A stretch of DNA of 64,000 nt from Candidatus Latescibacterota bacterium (GTDB lineage Bacteria > Latescibacterota > UBA2968), in the NCBI GenBank assembly GCA_965208125.1, contig OZ242320.1, forward strand, positions 3,712,001 through 3,776,000, in the 5' to 3' direction. The notes under the pieces were generated by a model. That model ran no database searches. It was not told where the DNA came from and was given only the letters and a program-made list of their open reading frames with translations. Numbering within the stretch: the stretch's first letter is position 1; each line of letters begins with the position of its first letter. Of this stretch, positions 19,141 to 28,568 are shown one piece after another. The translations under genes were made by a program, and so were the position numbers.

Positions 19141-20885
19141 TCACCTCTATGGCATATCCGGGGCGCTATATGCGTTTTTTTTATTTCGCGCTCGTGGGCT
19201 TGCTCATTTTTGACTTTGCGTTTTATCCCTTCGCTGCACACGCGCAATCTCGCCGCCGTGACTCGCGCCAGAGTGAAGAAAAACCAGAACGGCGAGAACC
19301 CACCAGACCTTTTGCCGCGCCTTCTGTGGAAAAAACAGAGCAAGAAGCTACGCCACTGGTTGAAATCAAAAGTATTGGCAAGGCGGCCTATGATGCGGTT
19401 ATTCGCTCGGGTCGCTATATTGTCGGGCCGGGCGATGTTTTTGCCGTGGTTGTAAATAGAGGTGAAGAAATCGAAACCTTTGAAGTGCCCGTCGGCGCGA
19501 GCGGCAGTTTGCTTTTTCCGTCTATCGGCCCTGTTCCCGTTGCGTTTTTATCGCTTTCAGAAGCCGACCAGGCTATCCTGGCAGCTATAAGAAAACGCTT
19601 TCATCAACTCGATATCTCTATTAGCCTCGCGCAACTCCGCACATATCCCATCAACGTGGTTGGCGAAGTGCATATACCCGGTACTGTTGCAGTGAATGGT
19701 GTAGAGCAGGCATCGCAACTCATTCTCAAAGCCGGAGGTCTTATCGACGATCCAGACCGCAGAGGCTCCAGTCGCAATATCCAGATTATGCGCCTTGACG
19801 AAAATGGACAATGGCACAATACGGGACGCAGGGTTGATCTCGAACTGTGGAATCGCACGGGCGACGAACAATACAATCCCTTCATGCTCGATGGGGAACA
19901 AATCGTGGTGCCCGCTGCCCAAAGCGATTCTATCTATGTCACAGGGGCGATACAACGGCCCGGTAGTTATGAATTTGCGCCAGGCGATCGCGTATCCGAT
20001 CTCATTGTTCTTGGGAATGGTTTGCGCGCCCATTCCCCTCCAAAGCGCGCCCATCTTTTGCGCCTGTCGGATGATGGCGAAGGGGCACCCATAGATATTG
20101 ATCTCCCGCGTGCGCTTGCAGGGGATCCCGAGGCCAACATCCCCGTACAAATAGGTGATAAACTTTATGTTATTGGCGATACAAAGTGGGTTTATGTCGA
20201 AGGTGAGGTAAAATTTCCCGGTCCTTTTCCCCTGAAGGAGGGGCTTCGCCTCAAAGAGTTATTACAACGGGCCGAACTAACACCCGAAGCGTCCGTGGTT
20301 CAGGCGTCTCTTATTCGCAAAGTCAATTTTGAAGAGACCGAAACAGAAGACGATCCCGCGCTCGACCGATTGCTCGACATTCCTCGCACACAGCGCACCG
20401 ATGCCGAAGAGGCTCTCATTACTCTTAAAACCCAGCAGCTTTCGGGGCGTTTGCCCATTGATTTTGTAGCGCTCATGGCCAGCGACGAGCGACACAATAT
20501 CCTCCTGCAAGATGGCGATGTCGTCCGCATTCCACGATTTGTGCCTTCTGTGCGTGTGACAGGTGCGGTCATTGCGCCTGCGAATATTCCTTATGACGCA
20601 GCACTTATGGTTGGCGGTTATATCGATCTCGCCGGCGGTTTTAACACGCGTGCAAAACGGAAAGATATCATTATTGTTGAGGGCAATACGGGCAATGCCA
20701 TAGGGGCTACGTCAGAATCGATCGTGCGTCCCGGCGATGCGATTTTTGTTCCCCCACGAGAGATTGTGCCCGGGCAGGGCTATCGCATTTTGAGAGAAGC
20801 TATTGCAATGGTGGGTGCTGTTGCATCAATTGTTCTGACCATCGTGGTGATCGAACGCGAACGCGATCGAGGGCAGGGGCAGTGA
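19137..20885 (+). CDS. Polysaccharide export protein with SLBB domains (Wza/KpsD-like); start may be 19170
   Basis: YIVGPGD (Poly_export), repeated VxGxVxxPG SLBB units, C-terminal amphipathic/TM helix. Confidence 0.82.
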   Translation: MITSMAYPGRYMRFFYFALVGLLIFDFAFYPFAAHAQSRRRDSRQSEEKPERREPTRPFAAPSVEKTEQEATPLVEIKSIGKAAYDAVIRSGRYIVGPGDVFAVVVNRGEEIETFEVPVGASGSLLFPSIGPVPVAFLSLSEADQAILAAIRKRFHQLDISISLAQLRTYPINVVGEVHIPGTVAVNGVEQASQLILKAGGLIDDPDRRGSSRNIQIMRLDENGQWHNTGRRVDLELWNRTGDEQYNPFMLDGEQIVVPAAQSDSIYVTGAIQRPGSYEFAPGDRVSDLIVLGNGLRAHSPPKRAHLLRLSDDGEGAPIDIDLPRALAGDPEANIPVQIGDKLYVIGDTKWVYVEGEVKFPGPFPLKEGLRLKELLQRAELTPEASVVQASLIRKVNFEETETEDDPALDRLLDIPRTQRTDAEEALITLKTQQLSGRLPIDFVALMASDERHNILLQDGDVVRIPRFVPSVRVTGAVIAPANIPYDAALMVGGYIDLAGGFNTRAKRKDIIIVEGNTGNAIGATSESIVRPGDAIFVPPREIVPGQGYRILREAIAMVGAVASIVLTIVVIERERDRGQGQ

Positions 20886-20887
20886 TT

Positions 20888-22069
20888 ATGGAATCTGAAC
20901 GCAATATTCTCGATTACATTTACGTTCTCGTGCGCTGGCGGCGCATGATTCTCATGTGCTTTTTTGCCGTCACGCTGGTGACAGCGGGCATTTCGCTCGT
21001 CTTGCCCAAAGCCTACCGCGCGTATGCGACAGTTTATCCACCGCAAGATACCGGCAGTAGTCTCGGGGGACTATCTACCCTTTTACAAGAACTGCCCTTT
21101 AATTTCATGGGATTGGGCGGTGATGCCGTATCTGCCACAGAATTTGTTCCGGTCGTTGAAAGCGAAAGCGTGCGTCTATCTGTTGCCAGGCGGTTTGATC
21201 TCGCCACGCGCTATGGTGCCAGCCATCAAAGCGCATTGCTCGATATGATAGCCAATCGCCTGGAAGTCGGGCTCTCGCGCGAGCAATTTCTCACGATTTC
21301 CTATGAAGCCGACTCCCCAGAACTGGCGGCAGAATTGACCAATGCTTTTGTTGAAGAACTCAAAAACGCGCTTGAACGACGCAATCAAAACAAAACGCGC
21401 GCCTATCTGGCTTATCTCGAAGAGCGGCTCAAAGAAGCCGAACAGGACATGCTCGAAGTCGAGCGGCGCTATCGGGATTTTCAGAACGAGCACATGGTAT
21501 TAGACGTTGAAACGCAGATCAAAACACAGTTGGAAACCGCTTCCACTCTCATCGGCTCGCTGGCAGAACTGATTATCAAGCGCGATGTCCAATCAAAACT
21601 GATGACCTCAGACAATCCCGAATTGAAAAAACTCGATATAGAAATCCAGACCACGCGTCAGGTGCTCGACGATATGCTTATGGGGCAAGTCCCCGATAGC
21701 CTGCGCAGCAGTGATTCGGGCGGACAATTGCCCGAAATTTTTAAGCCTTTCCGACAATTGCCCGAATTGGGCCTGGCCGCACTGCCACTCATCCGCGATA
21801 TTCAAATACAGAACGCCATCTATCAGTTTGTCAAACAAGAGTACGAAAAAACGCGATTTGAAGATGAAAAAGGCACGCAGGTGGTTACTGTCCTGGATTA
21901 TGCGCGATCTCCTGATACGCGCAGCTATCCGCGCCGCAGCCTCATGGTTGCCATTGCGGGGGGGCTCAGCCTGATATTGAGTTGCTTGTTTGCCTTTGTA
22001 TTTGAAGCTCTGAGAAATCTGACTCCGGAGAATCGGGCCAAACTCGATGCCATATCAGATGAATTGTGA
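20888..22069 (+). CDS. Wzz/GumC-type polysaccharide co-polymerase (no kinase domain)
   Basis: ILDYIYVLVRWRR-TM-LPKAYRA, coiled coil, VLDYARSP...P-TM. Confidence 0.82.
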   Translation: MESERNILDYIYVLVRWRRMILMCFFAVTLVTAGISLVLPKAYRAYATVYPPQDTGSSLGGLSTLLQELPFNFMGLGGDAVSATEFVPVVESESVRLSVARRFDLATRYGASHQSALLDMIANRLEVGLSREQFLTISYEADSPELAAELTNAFVEELKNALERRNQNKTRAYLAYLEERLKEAEQDMLEVERRYRDFQNEHMVLDVETQIKTQLETASTLIGSLAELIIKRDVQSKLMTSDNPELKKLDIEIQTTRQVLDDMLMGQVPDSLRSSDSGGQLPEIFKPFRQLPELGLAALPLIRDIQIQNAIYQFVKQEYEKTRFEDEKGTQVVTVLDYARSPDTRSYPRRSLMVAIAGGLSLILSCLFAFVFEALRNLTPENRAKLDAISDEL

Positions 22070-22086
22070 GTAAGCGAGGTATTTCT

Positions 22087-23109
22087 ATGTCTGAAAACCT
22101 GGATACAATTCTCACCACCACAGTTGGGTCTTATCCGCTACCCGACTGGCTCGTGGCTGCACCGAGTGAAACCGCTGTTGTGGATGCCACGCGTGTCATC
22201 TTTGATACGCAGCGTCAGGCCGGGATTGATCTGCCCACCGATGGCGAACTCTACCGATTTGACATCAACCATCCAGAGACCAATGGCATGATCGAATATT
22301 TTGTGCGTCCTATGGGTGGTACACGCGTCGATTTTGGACGCACCGAGGTTGAGGTATTTCGCCAGCGACAATCCATGGACTTTCGCGCCAAACCCGCCGC
22401 TGTTGTCGATGACGTGCTTTCAGAAGGTTCTCTCGATTTGTTATCCGACTGTTTGCGCGCGGCAGCCGTCGCAGGTGGGCCTTTCAAATTTACGCTTACC
22501 AGCCCTTATATGCTTGCTCGCACCTTGCTCGACAATTACTACGGTGATTTTGAAGCCCTGCTCATGGGGGTGGCCGATGTGTTGGCCGGTCAGGTGCGCG
22601 GCCTGCCATGCGCCTGTGTACAGGTTGATGAAGCCAATATCCCGGGGAATCCTGAGGATGGACCTATCGCAGCGAGGGCGATTAATACGGTGCTTGACGC
22701 GGTTGATCCCAATACTGAAAAAGCCGTTCATTTTTGTTTTGGAAATTACGGTGGGCAAACCATCCAACGCGGCACATGGCGCGCGCTTATCGATTTTCTC
22801 AATGACCTGCACACCGATCATCTCGTGCTCGAACTCGCCCATCGCCCTGATGATGATCTGGTTGCTCTGAAAGAAATTGATCCGCGCATCAAGCTCGGCA
22901 TTGGCGTGGTTGACATCAAAATCAATCACGTTGAAACCGCGGAACAGATTGCCCGACGCCTCGACCGGGCTGAAAAAGAACTCGGCCCGGGGCGCATCGC
23001 ATTTATTCATCCCGATTGCGGGTTCTGGATGCTCAAGCGCTCGGTAGCTGATCCCAAGATCGCAGCTCTCGCACAGGGTAGAGATCTTTATTTGGGAAGT
23101 GTGAAGTGA
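22087..23109 (+). CDS. Single-barrel cobalamin-independent methionine synthase-like protein
   Basis: TTTVGSYP, TDGE, QVDE, Zn ligands HFC...E...PDCG; only about 340 aa. Confidence 0.8.
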   Translation: MSENLDTILTTTVGSYPLPDWLVAAPSETAVVDATRVIFDTQRQAGIDLPTDGELYRFDINHPETNGMIEYFVRPMGGTRVDFGRTEVEVFRQRQSMDFRAKPAAVVDDVLSEGSLDLLSDCLRAAAVAGGPFKFTLTSPYMLARTLLDNYYGDFEALLMGVADVLAGQVRGLPCACVQVDEANIPGNPEDGPIAARAINTVLDAVDPNTEKAVHFCFGNYGGQTIQRGTWRALIDFLNDLHTDHLVLELAHRPDDDLVALKEIDPRIKLGIGVVDIKINHVETAEQIARRLDRAEKELGPGRIAFIHPDCGFWMLKRSVADPKIAALAQGRDLYLGSVK

Positions 23110-23120
23110 GAAGTGTGAAG
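23096..23120 (+). repeat. GA-rich heptamer repeat overlapping a stop codon
   Basis: gaagtgtgaagtgagaagtgtgaag. Confidence 0.6.
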
Positions 23121-23153
23121 ATCGGTAGTAGTATTCCGTCCTATAATTTTACC

Positions 23154-26100
23154 ATGCGCTATTTTTATATATTTTTTTTTAGTATTCTGATCTCGGAAGC
23201 AGGTGTTTTTGCTCAGGCACGCGGTACGATTGTCACGATCGCCGGTGGTGGTTTGGAAGATGGCGATAATGTGCTGGCTACGGATGTTGCGCTCAACCGT
23301 CCGCTCGGAATGGCGCTCGATCCACAGGGCAATCTCTATATCGCGGATACAGATAATCACCGCATTCGACGGGTAGATGCGATAACGGGTATTATTACTA
23401 CGGTCGCGGGTACTGGGGACCCGGGATTCTCAGGTGATGGCGGGCTGGCGACAAGTGCGTTGCTCAATACCCCCAATGCTATTGCGATCGATAGCGCGGG
23501 CAATATTTATATCAGTAGCGGTGGCGCGAGTGAAAGTGATGTTCGCAATCGGCGCATTCGGCGCATTGATTCTTCCGGTATCATCACTACGGTCGCGGGT
23601 ACGGGCGAAGGTGGTTTCAACGATCTACCTGCGCTACAAGCCACTTTCCACGAAATTGTCGCGCTGACGATGTTAGGCAATGTAGCTCTTTTAATCTCCG
23701 ATAGCCTTGATGAAAATGGACAGGGTAACAACCGCGTGCGGCAATTCGATCTGGCGAATAATACCATAGGCACAATCGCGGGCAATGGCAGTGCTCAGGC
23801 GTCGAATGTTCAGGATGGTAGGGAGGCACCTCTGGCGGGTTTAACCCCTGGGCAATTGGCTGTGACGAGTCAGGGCGATATTTTGATTGCCGATTTTAAC
23901 AATGGACGCATTCGGCGCGTCAGCAGGGCCATACAAGGCACTACAGAAGTTGCCTTGATCAACACCATCGCCGGGCGGGAAGCTACCTCTGAGGAGAAGC
24001 AGTCAGAAGATCTCTATCAGGGCGATGGTGGTCTAGCAACACGTGCTCTATTTTTTAATCCTCTGGGGGTTGCTGCCGATGAGGCTGGCAATGTTTATAT
24101 TGGCGATACGGGCAATAATCGCATTCGCGTGGTCGAAGCGGAAGCGGACACTGTGTTGACTATCGCGGGAACGGGTATTGAGGGCGCGGGGCCTGAAGGT
24201 ACACTCGGTCTTCTGTCTGATCTGGGGCAGCCCACGCATTTGCTGATTGATGGCAATGGGGATCTCATTTTTATTGATGTCGCCAACAATCGTATCCGCA
24301 AATTGCGTGATCCCACATTCCGCATGCCCTTGTTCAATGTTCTCTCCGAGAATATCGATTTTGGCGAGGTTAGCGTTGGCGATCCCGCCGTGAGCCGTTT
24401 GCGCGTTGAAAATTGGGGCAATTTGTCCATCCGTATCGAAACAGCGATTTCCGATAACTCCGCTTTTCGCGTTTTGTCGGCATTGCCCCTCGAAATCGGC
24501 ATTGCCCAAACCGCCGATATTGAAATTGTGTTTGATCCTGTACAAGCTGGCTCTATAGAAGGGCTTATCACCCTCACCACCGATGATTCGCGCACCCCTT
24601 CTATCGCTGTCACGGTGCGAGGTCTGGGGGCTGAACCCAGTATCGGACTTTTTCCTACGGATGTCTTAATTTTCGATCCCACGTTTATCGGGCGATCTCA
24701 AGTATTGTCGGTTCGCATTGATAACCTCGGCGCCGGTGTGCTGATCGTTCCCAACGCCACGACTACCGACTCGCAATTTGTGGTGGAACAAACCGATATC
24801 TTGCGGATTGACGCAGGGCAAAGCCAGCAGCTTTCCATCGCATTTCGCCCGCAAGCCGAGGGCCAGCAAGAAGCCACGCTCACCATTTTTAGCAACGCAC
24901 CAGCCAACCCCACGGCCACGCTCCAATTGCAGGGCATTGGGGAAAGTGCCCAACCCGGCGGGTTTGTCGATGAGGCCCCCAACGCGGGTTTAGGCGATAC
25001 GGGCGCGGGATTTGGCGCGGCGTGGGCAGATTACGACAACGACAATGATCTCGATCTCTACCTCGTGCGTAGCAGAGAGCCGAACCGATTATATCGCAAC
25101 GATGGGACTGGATTTACAGATGTGGCTTCAGCGATGGGTGTTGGCGATTCAGGCGATGGCAGCGCGGGCGTCTGGGGCGATTACGACCGCGATGGCGATC
25201 TCGACCTCTACGTCACCAATTTTGGTGGACCGAACCGGTTATATCGCAACGATGGGACTGGATTTACAGATGTGGCTTCAGCGATGGGTGTTGACGATTC
25301 CGGCGATGGATATGGCGCGGCCTGGGGCGATTATGACCGCGATGGCGATCTCGACCTTTACGTCGCCAACTTTGGCGCGAATCGCTTTTTCCAGAACAAT
25401 GGCAACCGTTTTTCCGAACTGGCGGATAGCCTGGGCCTGAGCGATACAGAAAGTGGGATTCAACCTGCCTGGGGCGATTTTGACAACGATGGCGACCTCG
25501 ATTTGTTTTTGGCAAATAGCGGTCCCAACCGTCTCTTTCGCAATGATGGCGCGCGCTTCGCGTCCATAGAAAATATTTTTAATCCCATTGATGAAGGGCC
25601 GAGTTTTGGCGCGGCCTGGGGTGATTTTGATAACGATGGGGACCTGGATCTGTTTATCCCTTATTTTGGTGCGGATAATAGATTTTATACCAATGAGGGC
25701 AATGGCACGTTCAGAGATCGCGCGACGGAGTTGGGGCTCGCCCACGATGGACGAAGCCGGGGCGCGGTCTGGGGTGATTTTGACAACGATGGCGATCTCG
25801 ATCTCTATGTCACCAATAGCGATCAGCCCAATTTGTATTACAAGAATGTGGATGGGCATTTCGCCGACATATCCGATTCTTTGGACGTTGCCCTGAATGC
25901 GGACAGCCGCGGCGTTGCCCTTGCCGATTACGACAACGATGGGAGACTCGATTTTTATGTCGCCGTGCAAAATGGTCCCGATGCACTTTTTCGCAATCGC
26001 GAGGCCAATGGCAACTGGATCGCAATTCGGCTTCGCGGCACAGAAAGTAGCCCCGATGCGATTGGCACGCGCCTCGAAATTGCGTTCAAAGACAGAGATG

Positions 26101-26486
26101 GCAATAACCGCCGCGCCATTCGAGAAATCACAGGCGGTGCGTCCTTTTTGTCGCAAGACGCGCTCACGCCCGTGTTTGGTGTAGGCAGAGCCGAATATGT
26201 CGAGGTACTCACCCTGCGCTGGCCCAGTGGCATTGTCCAAGAATTTCGCAGTGAGACCGACGATTTGTCGGTCAATCGCGTTCTCCACATCGTCGAACAA
26301 CCACTTGCGTCTGCAAAATCCTTCGATTTTAATGCCGATGGTCGGTTCGATTTCAACGATTTTCGGATTTTTGTCAGTGCTTTTGATTCTGCTGATATGC
26401 GCTTTGACCTCAATGCCGATGGTCGGGTTGATTTCGGCGATTTTCTGCACTTTGCCAGGGTTTATGAAGTGAGAGGTGAGAGGTGA
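23154..26486 (+). CDS. Secreted multidomain protein: NHL repeats, 2 ASH/Ig-like domains, FG-GAP (CRTAC1/ASPIC-UnbV), C-terminal EF-hand/dockerin-like
   Basis: Signal peptide; GNLYIADTDNHRIR NHL units; IDFGEV...ENWG Ig units; WGD[FY]DxDGDLDL repeats; WPSG; DFNADGRFDFNDF. Confidence 0.85.
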   Translation: MRYFYIFFFSILISEAGVFAQARGTIVTIAGGGLEDGDNVLATDVALNRPLGMALDPQGNLYIADTDNHRIRRVDAITGIITTVAGTGDPGFSGDGGLATSALLNTPNAIAIDSAGNIYISSGGASESDVRNRRIRRIDSSGIITTVAGTGEGGFNDLPALQATFHEIVALTMLGNVALLISDSLDENGQGNNRVRQFDLANNTIGTIAGNGSAQASNVQDGREAPLAGLTPGQLAVTSQGDILIADFNNGRIRRVSRAIQGTTEVALINTIAGREATSEEKQSEDLYQGDGGLATRALFFNPLGVAADEAGNVYIGDTGNNRIRVVEAEADTVLTIAGTGIEGAGPEGTLGLLSDLGQPTHLLIDGNGDLIFIDVANNRIRKLRDPTFRMPLFNVLSENIDFGEVSVGDPAVSRLRVENWGNLSIRIETAISDNSAFRVLSALPLEIGIAQTADIEIVFDPVQAGSIEGLITLTTDDSRTPSIAVTVRGLGAEPSIGLFPTDVLIFDPTFIGRSQVLSVRIDNLGAGVLIVPNATTTDSQFVVEQTDILRIDAGQSQQLSIAFRPQAEGQQEATLTIFSNAPANPTATLQLQGIGESAQPGGFVDEAPNAGLGDTGAGFGAAWADYDNDNDLDLYLVRSREPNRLYRNDGTGFTDVASAMGVGDSGDGSAGVWGDYDRDGDLDLYVTNFGGPNRLYRNDGTGFTDVASAMGVDDSGDGYGAAWGDYDRDGDLDLYVANFGANRFFQNNGNRFSELADSLGLSDTESGIQPAWGDFDNDGDLDLFLANSGPNRLFRNDGARFASIENIFNPIDEGPSFGAAWGDFDNDGDLDLFIPYFGADNRFYTNEGNGTFRDRATELGLAHDGRSRGAVWGDFDNDGDLDLYVTNSDQPNLYYKNVDGHFADISDSLDVALNADSRGVALADYDNDGRLDFYVAVQNGPDALFRNREANGNWIAIRLRGTESSPDAIGTRLEIAFKDRDGNNRRAIREITGGASFLSQDALTPVFGVGRAEYVEVLTLRWPSGIVQEFRSETDDLSVNRVLHIVEQPLASAKSFDFNADGRFDFNDFRIFVSAFDSADMRFDLNADGRVDFGDFLHFARVYEVRGER
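25081..25380 (+). repeat. 150-bp intragenic tandem duplication (two FG-GAP blades)
   Basis: 25081-25230 and 25231-25380 are near-identical, especially over the first about 80 bp. Confidence 0.85.
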
Positions 26487-26498
26487 TAAATGTGAAGC

Positions 26499-26524
26499 GT
26501 AGGGGCGATCCCTTGTGGTCGCCC
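26499..26524 (+). repeat. REP-like element
   Basis: GTAG followed by the palindrome GGGCGA-TCCCTTGTGG-TCGCCC; preceded by heptamer repeats at 26466-26497. Confidence 0.7.
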
Positions 26525-26562
26525 GTTCTATTATTGAATATCGACATCAAAAGTCTTTGACT

Positions 26563-27180
26563 ATGATCGCACTGCCAACTCCTCAAAATATCAATCAGGC
26601 TGCCGATATAATTAAAAACGGCGGCCTGATTGCCTATCCGACCGAGACTGTTTATGGTCTGGGGGCAGATCCCCATAACGATGAAGCTGTTCAGAGAATT
26701 TTCACTGCTAAAGGGCGTGCGGAGGATAAGGGGATTATTCTCTTGATTCGCGGTGCAGATGATCTTTCAACGCTTGTTCGCACTGTCCCTCCGACAGCTC
26801 AAATACTTATTGAGGCATTTTGGCCGGGACCGCTCACCCTTGTTTTTCACGCCAATCCCGATCTTTCTCCCGCGTTGCTCGGCGGACGCGATACAATAGC
26901 ACTCCGCTATTCGAGTTCTCCCATTGCCACTCAATTGCTCATAGCTCTCGGTGGTCCCCTCACGAGTACGAGTGCCAATCGTTCTACAGAGCGTCCGGCG
27001 CGCTCGGCATGTGAAGTAGAAAACGCGCTGGGAGAACATCTCGATCTTATTCTCGACGGTGGGCCTTCCGACAGTACACTCCCTTCTACACTTGTCGATG
27101 TTTCTACCGACCGCGCAATTCTCCTGCGCGAAGGTGCTGTTTTTGCTCAAAAACTCAGATCGCATATTCACCTTTATTAA
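26563..27180 (+). CDS. tsaC: L-threonylcarbamoyladenylate synthase (TsaC/Sua5)
   Basis: YPTETVYGL, KGR, FWPGPLT, STSANRS, PSTLVD. Confidence 0.93.
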   Translation: MIALPTPQNINQAADIIKNGGLIAYPTETVYGLGADPHNDEAVQRIFTAKGRAEDKGIILLIRGADDLSTLVRTVPPTAQILIEAFWPGPLTLVFHANPDLSPALLGGRDTIALRYSSSPIATQLLIALGGPLTSTSANRSTERPARSACEVENALGEHLDLILDGGPSDSTLPSTLVDVSTDRAILLREGAVFAQKLRSHIHLY

Positions 27181-27185
27181 AAAAT

Positions 27186-27217
27186 AAAAGGCGAGGAGAT
27201 TTTTCCCCTCGCCTTTT
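27186..27217. terminator. Bidirectional intrinsic terminator
   Basis: aaaaggcgagg...cctcgcctttt between convergent genes. Confidence 0.8.
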
Positions 27218-27241
27218 CGCAACACAGGAAGCAATATTACT

Positions 27242-28441
27242 TTAAAATGAAACATTGCTCATCACATAAGCCCAGTGCATATTCTCGTTCAATCGGCCCA
27301 ATGCTTTGATGGCATCTCGCGCCAGGGCAATTGTATAACCTGTGACAAAGGTTACATTTTCGCTGTATTGATACGATAGTGTTAAGTCGAGTTCGTCTGC
27401 CAGATGCCCCGATTCCAAATTGCCTTTTTGGGCGAGGAAGAACACATGTCCGTCCGCTGCCAAACGCAACTGCTCTTCCTCATCCAGCGGTACGGATACT
27501 TTTATCGCAAAGTCCTGAAGGCCGAGATTTTGAGTGTGGACGGGAATGTTGAGAAATAAATCGGCAAATCCGTAGTATTTGTGATTGGTTGCAAATAGGG
27601 TATCAAATGATTTCCATTTGCTGTCTTTCTCATTGCCATCGCCAGATAAATAATCATACCACAGGGTCAGGCTACCTTTGCCCAGTGTTGTGCCCAGTCT
27701 GCCGCCAAACATAAATGCCGAGCCATTCGGCCCGCGCCGTTCGCCCGTTTGGAAAGAGCCTTCTGCGCGGTAGGTCCAGTTCGATTTTTCGCCGTAAATG
27801 CGTGCGCCGAGTGTCCATAGCCGCGTATTGTCACTTCTGTTGAAGCCTTTGGGAGATACGTGGTGGTAGATGCCGTAAAAATCTGCGGATGTGTTCGTTC
27901 CCGATGCCGTAGCATACAAAGCGGCCAGATAGGCATTGCCGTTTATACCTTCGGCTGTGGTATCGGATAGGCGAACACCAACGCCTTGAACTGTGCCCCA
28001 TTGGGGTCTGGCGGTTACGATAACGCCGTCGAAGGCACGCCCTTGTTGTGCCCATTCAACTGCGCCGATTATCCGCTGTCCGCCCAATCCTATCGCCTGT
28101 CGTCCAATGCGAAGGGATAGAGTAGAGTCACCCATATCTTTAATGTCCATATATGCCTGATGAAAGTCGAAATTATCGGCATTATAATCGGTGAAGGTAT
28201 TGGTTTCTTCACCCCACAATCGCACATCTTGCAACTGGATAAACACATTCACATCTTGATCTAAATTCGCTGTGATATTCAGCCGAGCACGCATCGAAGT
28301 GAATACGTCGTGCCCATTGCCAACGGGATCTCGAAATTCCGTGCGAGGCCGAATTTGCCCCCCAAACTCGATATCTGTGGCTTCAACACCACTTGCTATA
28401 ACGACAATTATCGCTATACCAACCAACCATCTCGACAGCAT
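27242..28441 (-). CDS. Alginate export family outer-membrane beta-barrel
   Basis: Signal peptide, GQIRPRTE, IGRQ, RAFDG, YDYLSG, HKYYG; terminal Phe. Confidence 0.78.
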   Translation of the reverse strand: MLSRWLVGIAIIVVIASGVEATDIEFGGQIRPRTEFRDPVGNGHDVFTSMRARLNITANLDQDVNVFIQLQDVRLWGEETNTFTDYNADNFDFHQAYMDIKDMGDSTLSLRIGRQAIGLGGQRIIGAVEWAQQGRAFDGVIVTARPQWGTVQGVGVRLSDTTAEGINGNAYLAALYATASGTNTSADFYGIYHHVSPKGFNRSDNTRLWTLGARIYGEKSNWTYRAEGSFQTGERRGPNGSAFMFGGRLGTTLGKGSLTLWYDYLSGDGNEKDSKWKSFDTLFATNHKYYGFADLFLNIPVHTQNLGLQDFAIKVSVPLDEEEQLRLAADGHVFFLAQKGNLESGHLADELDLTLSYQYSENVTFVTGYTIALARDAIKALGRLNENMHWAYVMSNVSF

Positions 28442-28484
28442 ATTAGCCTCCTGGATACAAATCTTTCAAATAGAGGTCACGCCA

Positions 28485-28513
28485 AGTATAATATACTATA
28501 AAATTTTAGACAA
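28485..28513 (-). promoter_or_regulatory. Sigma70-type promoter
   Basis: TTGTCT-17 nt-TATACT on the minus strand. Confidence 0.5.
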
Positions 28514-28568
28514 TAAACGAGTATCGCCATAGCGGCGGTGGCCATAACCTAAAAAAACAATCCTTCTA

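Noticed and set aside
25278-26450. 390-aa antisense ORF, and similar long shadow ORFs (1456-2385, 45043-45945, 53306-53983, 59257-60180, 60192-61088)
   Set aside because: They overlap well-supported genes in antisense or shifted frames, show no recognisable motifs, and are expected from codon bias.
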